A stretch of DNA of 64,000 nt from Orbicella franksi (taxonomy: Eukaryota), in assembly GCA_964199315.1 (NCBI GenBank), contig OZ116701.1, positions 33,294,001 to 33,358,000 of the forward strand, written 5' to 3'. Below, in pieces: positions 11,401-23,800 of the stretch (the stretch's first letter is position 1; the number at the start of each line of letters is the position of its first letter). Position numbers and translations under genes: made by a program. The notes under the pieces are model-generated. The model worked only from the letters and a program-made list of their open reading frames with translations. It was not told the origin of the DNA and ran no database searches.

Positions 11401-12712
11401 TTACAATATTCCACCGCTTTTTCCAACAAATGTTTTGTCTTTTTGACGGAAACAGAGACATTTCAACTTGCTATTCCCCTTGCCTGGAAAGTAGACATGT
11501 ACATTGCTCCTCGTCGCTTTCGCGCCGCCGACCGACCGCATGAATTTCCGGAAAAATTAACCTGCGATCAGGCGTTTTTTTTTTCCCCCTTCCCCCGTTC
11601 GGCGGAAAACAAACAAGCAAACAAACAAACAAAAAAAACAAATAAATAAAGGACGCCTGATCGCAGGTTAGTATAATTATACGTAAATGTATTCAAGACT
11701 CCCAATTACATCGTCTGTTTTGAGCTGCGTCAAACACGAAATTTGGCGTTTAAAAACCGGTACGGCATCTAGGGGTGATTACCTCGTACGATCGATAGAA
11801 AGGTAATTATAAATTAACTTCCATATATAGTAAACAAGTTTACCTAAATGGTACAAAATGCTGCCGAAGGGAAGAAGGATGTGAAATGTTAGTATGATGT
11901 TGAACGCTCTAACTTTCACAGTCTGAGAAAGGTCACCGAAAAATGCCTCAGCCAGTCTGTTCCTGGGAAGCAGGAACAATTTCGTCGTAATTTCACTGAT
12001 CTCTCCACAGTCTTCTGTAGGCTAACCTCGCGTGTCGAGCAAAAATGTTGCTTAAAATACATACACTGTTTTTAATGACTTTCTTGTATCAAACGACTAA
12101 ACGTTATAACATAATGAGCTCAAGCCTTCTGAGATACGGCTTCAGACAACACGGCACGGGCTCTCGTAATATTTAGTTTAGCCGATCGGAAGTTACACGA
12201 TTCATTGATGCTGAATCATTTATCTTATCTTTTTCTGGTAGACGTACATTCCTTGTTTTCGGTGTTTTGAGGGGAAGGAAAGAGCATATGGTTTATATGT
12301 AATAACGTAATTTCTTGACCAGTTGTCAGAAACTTTGCATTTTATATCGTGTACAAGTTCTGAATGGACATCAGATGTCGACCGGGTGGGATCATGTTTC
12401 AGCTTTCTTCGTTTAAGCTGTAGCTTCTTCAGGGCAAACGAATTCCCTCGTTTAACTGTTTTCTCAATGATTTTAGTACTCACCTTTGTTAGGCTCACTG
12501 TGTGACATTTTCATCACAGATTCTTTGTCTTCGTGTGCCGTGTTTCTTAACTCGAGCTTTTCTTCTCTTTGCTGATTCAAGACTTGAAGCATTTGTCGAT
12601 GGACGTGAAGTTCCATCTCGACGTGAATCAATCCCGAAAGGCAAATAACAGACAGAAATATCGATGAAAACACCACCGTGCTCGAGACTGGGTGAGTCTT
12701 TGTTTTCTCCAT
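8443..12712 (-). CDS. Type II membrane protein: TM/coiled coil, furin site, collagen, 3 Ig domains, Caspr/fibrinogen-like domain (cnidarian ficolin-like architecture), 654 aa
   Basis: Exons 12712-12484, 11139-10558 and 9596-8443, GT-AG and phase 1, total 1965 nt with no stops. Hydrophobic [21 protein letters not shown], 18 Gly-X-Y triplets, three Ig-type C...W...Y-x-C domains, then SCSEIK...GNYMIDPDG...VYCDM...CEQFIKFEC...WWVSRDG...WGGA...CACG...CNCD...KLKCYG as in contactin-associated/neurexin IV fibrinogen-like domains. Confidence 0.9.
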
Positions 12713-13084
12713 AATTCCGTTCTTCGAGGCTTTCAGAATTACCCAGTGGATGATTGTATCTGATACATAGAAAGTGAGACATGCGCCGACAAGATCAAAG
12801 CTCGACAAAAACACGATGCATGCTATGACACCGGGGCTAATCCTTGTCTGACCTTCAGTTCCGGTTTCAGCTTACGACATTGGATCAGTTTCAATTTTAA
12901 TTTTTCTGGTAATGTTTTATTTTCCTAGATGGTGAGTGGGGTAGGTGAGGAAGTTGTATTAAGACATGCCATCAGTTGATGTTTCTGTTGAGATAACACA
13001 ATGTAGAAATGTAGATATTTCCTAGTGGCCTTATTTTGGTTATTAGTTTCATTGCGCGGGAAAACGCGAGAACTTAAAAGCACT

Positions 13085-13490
13085 CCCGGGGCGGGGTGGG
13101 GAATGCACTCTGTACTGAATCTTTGAACGAGGGTGTGCTTCTGGAACACTGAAACCTTTCTCCTATACTAGACCATGATCCGGCTTGATTTTGTAACCCT
13201 ATTCTATAGACTAGGCACAAAAAACCCCACCCCTTCGCCAGGAGTTTGTCAACGGTGAAAAAACTTTATCACTATCACAGTCCAACATACGCTGACTGGT
13301 CCTAACTGAACCAACATCTTAGAAAGTCACTTCCGAGTCCCACTATTTATAAAATGGACACTCTACCAGTCAGTGTACCAAAACTCGCTGATTTCTTTAC
13401 ATTATCCCAGACTAAACTACTTGAAAATCATAGCGTTCACAGTGGCACATACCCATATGGCTTGTATACGGGATTCACCCCCCTGGACGG
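13085..13490. mobile_element. MITE-like insertion upstream of copy 2 only
   Basis: Bounded by cccggggcggggtgggg and gggattcacccccctgg. Absent from the matching region upstream of copy 1 (about 7395-7450). Confidence 0.55.
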
Positions 13491-16400
13491 AAAGCACTCT
13501 TTAAAATGGTTTATTGCCCTCTCCAAAGTCTGATGTGTGCCAAGCAGATGGTCCATAATTCTTGCTCGAATTGCTTCAACAACAGCGGTGGAATACAGGA
13601 ATTTATTCCAACAGAGAGAGATTTTTTTTATTTTATCTTTTTTCTATACTTACCACTTAGCGATCTTTTTTCTCTCACAAGCGCGCGCGCGCGCGTTTCG
13701 GGGAAGAAAAGACTAACCCGCTAACGATCGCCTGCACAATTAGAACTTTGCATTTTTGAAAAACTCTATTTCGCGCCATGTTTGAGTTCGTTCAAAACTA
13801 CTGGATGTTTGCCTCGAACTGTAAATCATTGTCTAACAACAGGCCATATTCGTACTCTCGATATTGGACTGAAACTAGCTTGCAACTGAGTCCAATGCGG
13901 AGAGTCTTTTCTGATTGCAAATGATATCAATCTCACCTTTATAATTATGATACTTTCCCGCATGAGCCTTCATTGCAAGCTAGTTCCAGCACAATACCGT
14001 GGAAAAACGAATATGGCCTTTTGCAAGCACACGATATAGACAATTACCTTTCCCACATTAGTCTGAAATAACTTATGGCAGCAAACGTGACAGTGCTTAT
14101 AAATATCTTTTTGCCCCCGATGAGGACCTATAGTTTTGATTTGGAAATTTTGTGCCACCTGTTTAATGTTGGTTTCAATGCATGGAAAATGTACCAAATT
14201 CTTCAGTGAGGTCGCCGATTTTTTTTGGGATTGAACTTCTATAATTAGCCCGGTTGTTTATTTAACTTTGGTTTTTGTTTTGCATTCGATCAGCGATTGT
14301 TTTTAATGCTACGGGCATGAGTAAACATCTTTTTTTTATTTTTTTTTTCCTGGGTAGCGGTCGTCTAATTTTGACTCGGAAATGACTGATTATGCATTTG
14401 AATTTTAGGGGACAACGTTAACGCTAACGTCCATGAATTTTCGTTTTCAAAGTGGAAGTAAAAACAAAAAAACCGGAAGAGAAGGGTTTTTACGTCAGAG
14501 AAAATGTTATAAAAAGTGTGTATCAACCAGTATTCATTTGTTCGTATTCACGCCTTAGACGGAGTGCATCCTACTCTCTCTCGACAACAAGGCTTGGCCA
14601 ATGAACATACAGTTTTGATCATTTCCGCTCCGAATAATCAGTGAACTCCTCTAAACAACTTATATCATCAACTAGTGCTTTCAACGTGTTCTAAAAGCCG
14701 AATAAACTGTTCGTGACTGCACTAAATAGTTTTTCCGAGATGCAAGATCACGGAGGAGCGCCAACAGCTGTTAAACTCAGCACCGTGCTGTCCTTTGATC
14801 AACTCCCACTGTGTTGGTCAGTGTTTAAGTTCCAGCCGCCTTTTGCTTGCGTTCTAAAGCCAAGCTGTGTTATGTGGGGGTCTCTTCCTTTGTGATCTCA
14901 ATGCAGTCCCTTTTTATTTTTCACTTCTTTAAGCACCAAACTTCTTTGGTTTCTTAACTCCGAGCTTGGTGTTTTGACAACAAGATTGGAAATATTTAGG
15001 TGCAGTGAGTCAAACTCATAATCAAAGTACGCGTTGGTAGGGTGGATCTACATATCACAGCTGATGCAATTAGATAACAAGCTAACAAAGTTAAGCGCAA
15101 AGCATGCCTTTTTTTAAACTTCGTTTGGGCACTGCACAAAGTATCTGAATGCTTACTTTAAAACCCCATAGCGCTGTTAAGCACAAGTAATAAACTTGTT
15201 TCTTACTCCCGTGTGTCTCAAGCCGTAAATTTACCCTAAATGTTTATAATTTGTTGTTTATACATGTGTCCTTTCCGCAATAATTTTATTAAAATTATAT
15301 TGGTGCTAGTTAAGAATAAAAGATGATTTTTGCCGGTTTCTTTCCTTTATGTAAACAGAGCAGTTTGTTACCCGCTCTTATTTCATCGAGACCAGGATAA
15401 AAATCAACAAGTAATAATCCTCTGTAAAAGATTGCCCTAGTTTAATAATGAAAGTTTAGTAAGTCTCCTTGGATGAACTAGAAATCATAGAATAAAGAAA
15501 GTTTCTGACCGGGCAGATGTTTCCTACACGAAATTTAGATTTTTATTTTCGTTTGTCAGAATATAAAAATTATAGCTAGGTGAACGTTTCTTTTAGTTTT
15601 CAAATAAATGACTAATTATTAAGTTAACGAGGCGCAGTTCTTGGATTGAAGAAACTTTATTGAACATTCGCACGTTTGCTTTACCATAATTTCAAAGTTT
15701 TGTCTCAAAAAATTGTTCAGTTGTTCTTGTGTTTAATATACATTTTGGTCCTAAATGAGGGGCACCTCTCTATGTTTCGCCTAGTTTTTTTTTCCTCAAT
15801 ATCAAACTGAGACCGTTTTAATTAACCTTGTTCGCAGTGAGTTCGATGCCATGAATTGGTGCCTTTCCCACGCTTAATATACCATCAATTCCTAGGTTCC
15901 CATCAGGCTTCGTTGTAGTCACTATCAGCAGCCGCCCCAGTAGGAAATCTTTACAACCAAAAAGAAGTGACCTTCTCGCAAAACACATGGAGTTAGTTTA
16001 TTTACCCGAACAATGAACCTTGGAACAAAGGGAAAGCTCTGATGTATCACGCCATTCGTAGCATGTACCTTCAGTTGTTGAATACAAAGCTTTGGATCTT
16101 TTCCTTATTGAACTGAAAAACAAACGGACGATCGACATTTTGATTTAATTATTTTTCGCGTCCGACTGCTAAGCTTGATCTTATACTCATACAAAACCGT
16201 TACGCCGAGAAACACGTCACAGTTATTTAACTTTTTAGTTACAACTGTTCTGTTTGTTAGTTTAAATCACAATAACTCGTAAAAACTTGTTAAAGTTGAT
16301 ATATTTCTTATCGCAGAAGAGGTCTGGCCTTAATTCGCGTTTAATTGTTCGTTTCTCTTATGTTCTAGAACTGTGTGGTGAAGTGTCTTTTTATAGAGGT

Positions 16401-17003
16401 TAGAAGCTTTCCGTTTTATTTCCGCAAACCACGTCGGTTTAGATTCAGTAATGTTTGTTTGTTTGCAAGCACTATTAACGGTCCATTATCTATTACACAA
16501 ATCCGCTTCTTCTATTGAAGCAAATGCATTTAAAGGAGAACTGAAATGTTACCGCGAATCTGTCGACTCCCTCTCGCAATGTAAAAAATAAATCAGACAT
16601 GCTCTAATGAAAAAGGTAACCACGGCAGATTTTTTATTCAGGCACCTCCAACAGTGCGGCAGGAAATACATCTCGGAACGTTGACATAAGATATTCAGAA
16701 GTGGACTGGAAAGAACAAAAAGCTAACTCCTTACTAATCACGAATTATAGTTCTTTTGAAGACAGTATGGGTTACTTGTGCATTGAGTATATTGTTCGAT
16801 TGTGTCTCCCGCGTGTACTATCGCTTAAAAGGCGGAGCCACAACGACCTTTTGGACCAAGTTATTGGTTGCGAATTTAGCACCTCTTTGAAGCCAACAAT
16901 AAAACATAGATTATTAACACAAACACTAAACACAATAAGGAACCGCACGACCAACCCCGACGGCTCTTTCATTTCACAGCACTTTGTTTGCAGGCGGAGG
17001 TTC

Positions 17004-17156
17004 TGATTGGTTCACGATGAAAAATGGTACACCACCGTATCAATTACTGTGCTTGGTTAACAGTATATCATGAATACTGACAACAAATTAAGAGCGCCGC
17101 TAACATAGACGACAGTCAGTCAGCTCCGGTCGTGTACTGTAGAATCGGTGGTATAA
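17004..17156 (+). promoter_or_regulatory. Putative FoxG core promoter (inverted CCAAT and TATA)
   Basis: ctgattgg at about 17004-17011 and TATAAA at 17151-17156, about 75 nt before the ATG at 17231. Motif match only. Confidence 0.4.
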
Positions 17157-17230
17157 ACGCACAGATCGACCGTCGACTGCAAGAATTCTGTACAGAGCTT
17201 GGTACAAGAACCAATTCAAGCCACATTAAA

Positions 17231-18492
17231 ATGAAAGATAACAGTGATCAAGATTATCAAGAGCTGTGTTCTAAAGAAGCGCTGAACAGCTCGGAGGAAA
17301 AGATTTTCAAACACCAAGATGGCAAAGCAGCAGCAAGTCCTGCGAAGGATGGTGAAGAAGACAAAGAAGCCGGGCATGTGAAGGAAGATGGGCCAATGGC
17401 GAAGAATGAAGGCAAAGATGGGGAAGAGAAAAAATGCGAGAAGCCGCCATTTTCGTATAATGCCCTCATAATGATGGCAATTCGTGGGTCGCCCGAGAAG
17501 AGACTAACCCTAAGTGGTATCTATGATTTCATAATGAAGGTTGGTACACTTGATTCATCTTAAGCACCTACAACTAACATTAATCAATTTTTCTCGCCGT
17601 AATTGTTGGATTCGTTAACGCGCACCGTGGTATTTATCTCTTAGAGCCTTCAATTGAAATCAAAATCAAAACGAAAGCTTAAAATTTGAAACCTAAACGG
17701 TTCTACTTATGATTCTTTATACAGAATTTTCCCTACTACTGTAACAACAAGCAAGGCTGGCAGAACTCCATTAGACACAACCTATCACTGAACAAATGCT
17801 TCGTCAAGATTCCCCGTCATTATGACGACCCTGGGAAAGGGAACTATTGGATGTTGGATCCCAGTGCTGACGATGTGGTTATCGGCGGAACGACAGGCAA
17901 ACTAAAACGACGAAATCCGCCTTCCTCTAGAAACCGCGTGGCGCTGAAACGCCAGCAAAGAATCTCTCCAGTACCAGGCTATGCACTTGACCCTTCACAA
18001 GTAGGCTTCTACTCTGGTTTCTGGCCTCATCCACCCTCTATGTTCCCGGCACCTTTGTCGCCTCAAATGAGAAGACACAGCTTAGTGGGAATGTCTTGCA
18101 CCATGAACTGCAGCTCGTCCCTCCCACATCCAACACCGGTTCTTCCACACCCAACCCCCAGTGCCAGATGCCTCGTCCCCTCATCACCAGAGATGGCCTT
18201 CCCAAGTCATTGCCACGGGTTTGGATTTCTGCAGCCCTCTTGCCCACAAACAGGCCTTTTCTCTCTCGGCCACCCACGCTCCCCACTGGAATCACAATGG
18301 CCAACTTCGATGCCATCATCTCCATTTCTACAAGACAGGTTTATGGTGAACAATGATTCGATATTTCAGTCTGCGTTCAGTACAGTACCTAAGCTAACGT
18401 TCGGTACTCCCACATTAAGATCTAACTTCCCTTTCTTAAAAGAGAGCGCTTCCCAAGTTTCGCGCACGCGTTTTCTTTCGGATTGCAAATGA
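17231..18492 (+). CDS. FoxG: Forkhead box G transcription factor, 358 aa, two exons
   Basis: Exons 17231-17539 and 17725-18492, phase-0 GT-AG intron. The joined domain [33 protein letters not shown]|[63 protein letters not shown] carries the FoxG-diagnostic [10 protein letters not shown] and IGGTTGKL motifs. Confidence 0.95.
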
Positions 18493-20499
18493 ACGTTGGA
18501 GGTTTTAGTGAAATAGAAATGATTATTTAAGTTTAGAGACAAGTATAAATATCACACAAGAAAAAATGGATTGTGTTTTGTAAATATGTATTTGAAGTTA
18601 GGGTTGCCGGCAACAGTGGACATATTAATTCCAATTAACTGACTCGAGGTCAAATAGTTGTATTGGTTTATCCACTTTGTTAGCTCTATTTTCGTTAATT
18701 AAGTGCAACTTTGCGTTATCATTAATACCACGTTGAAGCCCACGAGCAAAATACCAGTTAAAGAAAATTATTTTACACATCAATGACGACCAGACGACCA
18801 GATAGTGCAAATTTTCGCTACTTTACTCTGTTAGTTGGCACGTCTTTCCGTGAATGTAAGCAAATAACAAATAATTATTTATGGCCGCAATGTGTCTGCG
18901 TAATTCAATTACCGCATTAAAAATTTAACGATAGTTTTTTTTGTCTATGTATGTGAGTTTTAACTGTTTGCCAACGAATTACAGTCCATTCAATAAACTC
19001 TCCAGTGATAAAAATCCACGGATTAAACACACGCCTTAGCACACGCCATAAACAGTACCAGAACAAGATTTTTTGTCAGTAATATTACTGAATTTTGTTG
19101 ACCATTTAGCCTCACAAAACTTTACAACGCCAAGAAGCCATTTTACATTTTGTGATTACAGTCTTTTAATATTGTTACTGTCGAAAGTGATTTTCATCTG
19201 CTATACAAAACTAATTTCTTGCTATATTAACTAATAAGATAAATTCTTGAAGAAGAAACAGCAGTTGTTTGATGAATTGATTTGGTCGCGAACTCGCCTC
19301 TCAGTTGTCGTTTTACATTTAGTGGCGTTAAATGTATTTTTCTCTGCCCCTATTCTAGCAGAGTCTGTTAATTGCTGGAAGCAATTAGCAGAAAATGTAC
19401 TCTGTAAAGCTTTGCTGAGCGTAATTAGCACCTTCAAGTGCAGCTTATCAACGCTTTATTTTAATGACCACTCGGCAAAGTCCACATGCAATAAATCACA
19501 GTGTCTCACAGAAGCTGCCAAATCTTCGTGTTGTTAACCCGTCTTTTAAGAAGTTTTGTGCCTGCAGCTCCAAGAGGTCGAGTGTGAACGAGTTCACTTT
19601 TTCTCGATAACCCTGTGGAGTTATTTGTTTGCGAAACGGACAATGGCCCAGCGTGGAAGACATATGAGCTGCGACTTAGTCACATTCATATGCTAATTTA
19701 CCCTGAGAGCGTTTTTACACACACTTCAATGGCTAAAACAAATAACATAATGGCTGGAGTCCTGTAGTGTTCTTTTAGTTCGCAGAGTTCATTATTTAGT
19801 TAGTCTTCCATTGTTTGAGCACTGTGGGCCCCCCTTTGTTTACCGAGCTCTTCGACGTGTGTTGTGTAACATTGGGGAGGCCTATTTACAACATGTATGA
19901 GCCCAACTACAGAGTAATTTTCTTAATTAAGACATCCCCCATCCATAATGCCTGCAGTAATGTTTTGTGTCTTCGCTTTTTGTATAAATAGCAAATTCAC
20001 ATCGAAGTAAACAACTGGCATTTTGGAGAGTCAATCTCCAAATGGACTGTTGAAAGATGACAATTTTCGCAGACTTTTTCAGTTAAACAATACTTTCAAT
20101 GCCCGCGTGGGTCAGTAACTTTTAAAAACGTCTAAGCATTACTGCTCTAAAGTTATTTTTTTAACACTCGATCAATCAAGCATATGGTAGCAACTAGGAG
20201 TCAACAAACCAAGACTAAACAAAAGCGCCAATTGGCCTTAACATTGAAAAGTGGCCGTAAAATAAATTGGCCAATCGCACGATGCTGTAGCTATCAGCAT
20301 CCTGATTGCTCGTCTATTCAACTTAAAAGCAAGTTAACACGTACAAAGTGCCTTTATCTTTTGTTAAAATACATGATCCTTGTTGAAAATAATTATAGTA
20401 AAGTTATTCCTTAAGGCAATCCTAGAACGGCTAACATAAACAGTTGGATTGACAATCATGACTGCAAAACAAACTTAGTTACTGAGTTTGAGGTTAAAT

Positions 20500-20828
20500 T
20501 CGGCTCACACCCGGCTTCGCAAAACCAAGCCTTTCCTTCCTCTTTTCGTAGTGCCGCCTGACTCTGTCAAGATGTTATATGTAACGTTGCTTTTACTGCC
20601 GCTTACTTTTGCTTCTGAGCAGGTAGCTATAGAAGTGTTGGGGCCTTCCAGGTCCTTCCAGGTCCTCGTCATATCTACCCTCTATGCTACACTAGCCCCG
20701 TTTGAACGAGTCCTTTTTACAGTATGTACCATTCACGCATAACGAGCATAGCATGGCTATCCGCCGGCTGGGGCAAATAGAAAGCCGTGTTTCCTTGACC
20801 GTCTAAAGTGAAGTGAAAGTGAAGTGAA
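20500..20828 (+). mobile_element. Probable retroposon 3' fragment with (AAGTG)n tail
   Basis: GC-richer block ending in aaagtgaagtgaaagtgaagtgaaac at about 20805-20829. Confidence 0.35.
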
Positions 20829-23800
20829 ACTTGGGCTTGTCTCGAGGCTAATTAAATCGTTCCCCTTTGCGCAAACATTCACACCCATGCTTGGGTTCGT
20901 GGCCAAACGAGGCGCAATTGTTTGTTTAAACTGTGCACCTCATACAAAAGCAGGGATTCCCGCTGAAGCGCCTAGATCCGAAAGATCACGGAACATGGTT
21001 TTTGTGTCTTTTGTAAAAAAAGACTGTCATTTCACCTGTGCAAAGCGTTATGCCGAGAATTGTTCACCAGTTCTAAACACTTTTAAATATTTTCGTATCT
21101 GTTTCCTTCAAACATTCGAGTTTTAACAATGTTCGTGTTTGCACTGTTAGTAAGTTATCTCGGCGGGGAGGTAGCTATATATACAGCAAGCTTGATCATC
21201 GCGCGTTTTGAAAACACAACAATACTCCTGGCATGTAGGCTCTGCGTGTTGCCCTTGTTAACGCACGTTGATGGAGAGCTCAATTTCCGGTCAATTTGAC
21301 TTATTTTAGATGCATATCCCTTCCGTAGAATTAATACTTCTATCTCTAAATACTTATGGATAACTGATGACGAGTTTTAGATAAGGACGAGCTGAAAAGG
21401 AGAAGAAAAAATTTGTACAGCTGGGCATCTGGTGAGAGAATTGGTTTACGTGGGGGCGCCAGCGACAGCAGGGCAGAATGACGCAATGAGGAAACTATCC
21501 ACACGCTATGCTGATATGAAATAAAGTGGTATATTTAAATAAGGTGTAATATGTTTTGATTCATTATTCAAACTATCAGCCGTTTTTTAGCGCAGTCTGA
21601 GATCGCTGTTGGATAGAAATCTGGCAGTTATTCCTAGAGTTTTGTTCACAGCTGGTTTTCATGAAAGCGTAAAAGACAATTGCAAAGAAGGTAAACTACC
21701 TTCTTGTGCCCGCATTTTTAAGAATTAAGTGACAATTGAGAAATTTAGATCAGGTACATAAATGTTCTTATAATAAACAGATGTTCTGGGCATTAACGAT
21801 GATGCATTTAATGGCTGTAGAATTTTCAGGGGAAGAAAAATATGTAACTAAAGATATGACATAAACTAAAGTAATTTTAGCAGCAGTTTTTCTGTAGCAT
21901 TGTTTAGTAACGCAGCCCTTTCATCAGCGTTAAATGTTTTAAATGATATACGCGATGTGCGGCAAACTTGTCCGCAAGTTTGCTTTATTTCTTCAAGAAG
22001 ACACGTTCTCACAACCCCGGAAAAATTAGGTCAAAGTTATTCGAGGGGGAGTTAAAAAGTTAAGCGCAAAGGAAACTTGGTTTAAGTCGATGAACTAGAG
22101 TTTTCTGGTCTTTTCTAGTATTCAAAGACCAAGGTAAAAAAAATTATATATATATATCGACCGTTATGATCACGGTCTGTTAAAAGCGCCTAGAAAAAGA
22201 ATCTAATGAAGGGAAAAATTTTGCATTGTGATCAAAAGAAAATATTTAAGATCATTCCAGAAACAACGGCATACGTCCTGCCTCGCATTTTGTTCGCCTC
22301 AAGTACTCCCCGGGATTTTGGACTATGTATCGGCAGGATGTAGAAAAATACTTTTAAGAACTCCACAACCAATACAATGTAGAGCAATTTTTCGCTGTTG
22401 ACCATGGCATTTGTGCACTTTGTTCTTCGCAATAACAGCTCGAGATAACAATTATTGGGGCATAGAAACATGAAATACTGAGGAGCCAAATGATTTATTT
22501 CATAGCTAGCCACATTCTACTCTAGTAATATCTTGTAGCTTTGAATGAACAGAGCACAGTCACCTTAATTTTGTTATGAAAGTCAGTTTTACGGGACTCT
22601 AAGATGCCCGTAATGACTCCATTTTGTCGCACGAACGTCTCTTAGATGAGTTAAGTAAAGCATAGAATTTTAGGTGGGCAAACAAAATGAAGATTCCATG
22701 GCAGAAAAAACTGAACATTTCAAAGCACTCGTTCAATTGAAAATTGACGATTCCTCAGCCATTGCTGATCATACGAAAACCACTGGTCTTAACATAAAAT
22801 GGGATCATATTGACATTGCAGTTTGCGTCCTGCTAAACTGACTTTCATCTTATTTCCTTTTGTATAGCATTCTTCTACACGTAGTAAAGTTTATTTGACC
22901 TCAATGATTTCGATTTTTATTATAGTTGAGCAAATGTAATAATTATGACAACCTTTTTTTAGGAGTTCACGTGAATTGAATCGAAGGAAAATTGCTGTCT
23001 TTCTTCTTTGTGCTAAAGCTCAGCGAAGAAGCAAAACAACAATTAAGGTTACCACGATTTCAAACAGTGCAAAGGTCCAACGTAGGACTATAATTAAAAT
23101 ACTACTGTTTTTACCTCATTCTACGTTTTACGTGACCCAATATTAACCTCCCTTGCGATCTATTGTCAAAATTAATGAAAGCTGTTGTTTACTCTTACAT
23201 TTCTGCTTTTAACTATAAATTATACGGGCAACTACTTCTACAAATTTCGAATCCTTTGAATACTGTTGCGTAAATTATTATTTCACTGTTTGCCTTCAAC
23301 GGTACATTATCATTATCATTATCACGTCGATAATTTTGACATCCATAAATGAAATTTATTAATTTTTAAAACACACATTAAGCTTGACCTATTGAATGCG
23401 AAAATCGTGGTCCAAACAAATAGTTATTATTTGTAATAGCTTCCTTTGATTCCAAACTTTTTGTCTTTTTAAGTTAGTTCATTACTTTAGCTATGTAATC
23501 AGTGCGAGCTTCTTTGCAGAAGCGCTGTTTTCTTTTGTTTCCTTACGTACTGCAATAGTACCTGTGCTTTCAAAAACACTGGACTACAATACTTTTGTGC
23601 AGTACTGTAATCGTTCTTTTTCTACGCGAGTTTACAAACAACTGCCATATTTTATTTTGCCTTATATAAAACCTTGCCCATGGTTACGGTCGAAACAAAA
23701 AATATTTGCTTCTCAAATATTTCCATTTTATTTTGAAAACTAAACGAAAAACGTTCAAACCACGCCTTTTGTCAGCAGGTACGAAAAAGAACACTGTTTA

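Noticed and set aside
14790-15030. TCF/LEF-like CTTTGAT sites upstream of FoxG
   Set aside because: The motif recurs throughout this AT-rich window with no clear enrichment.
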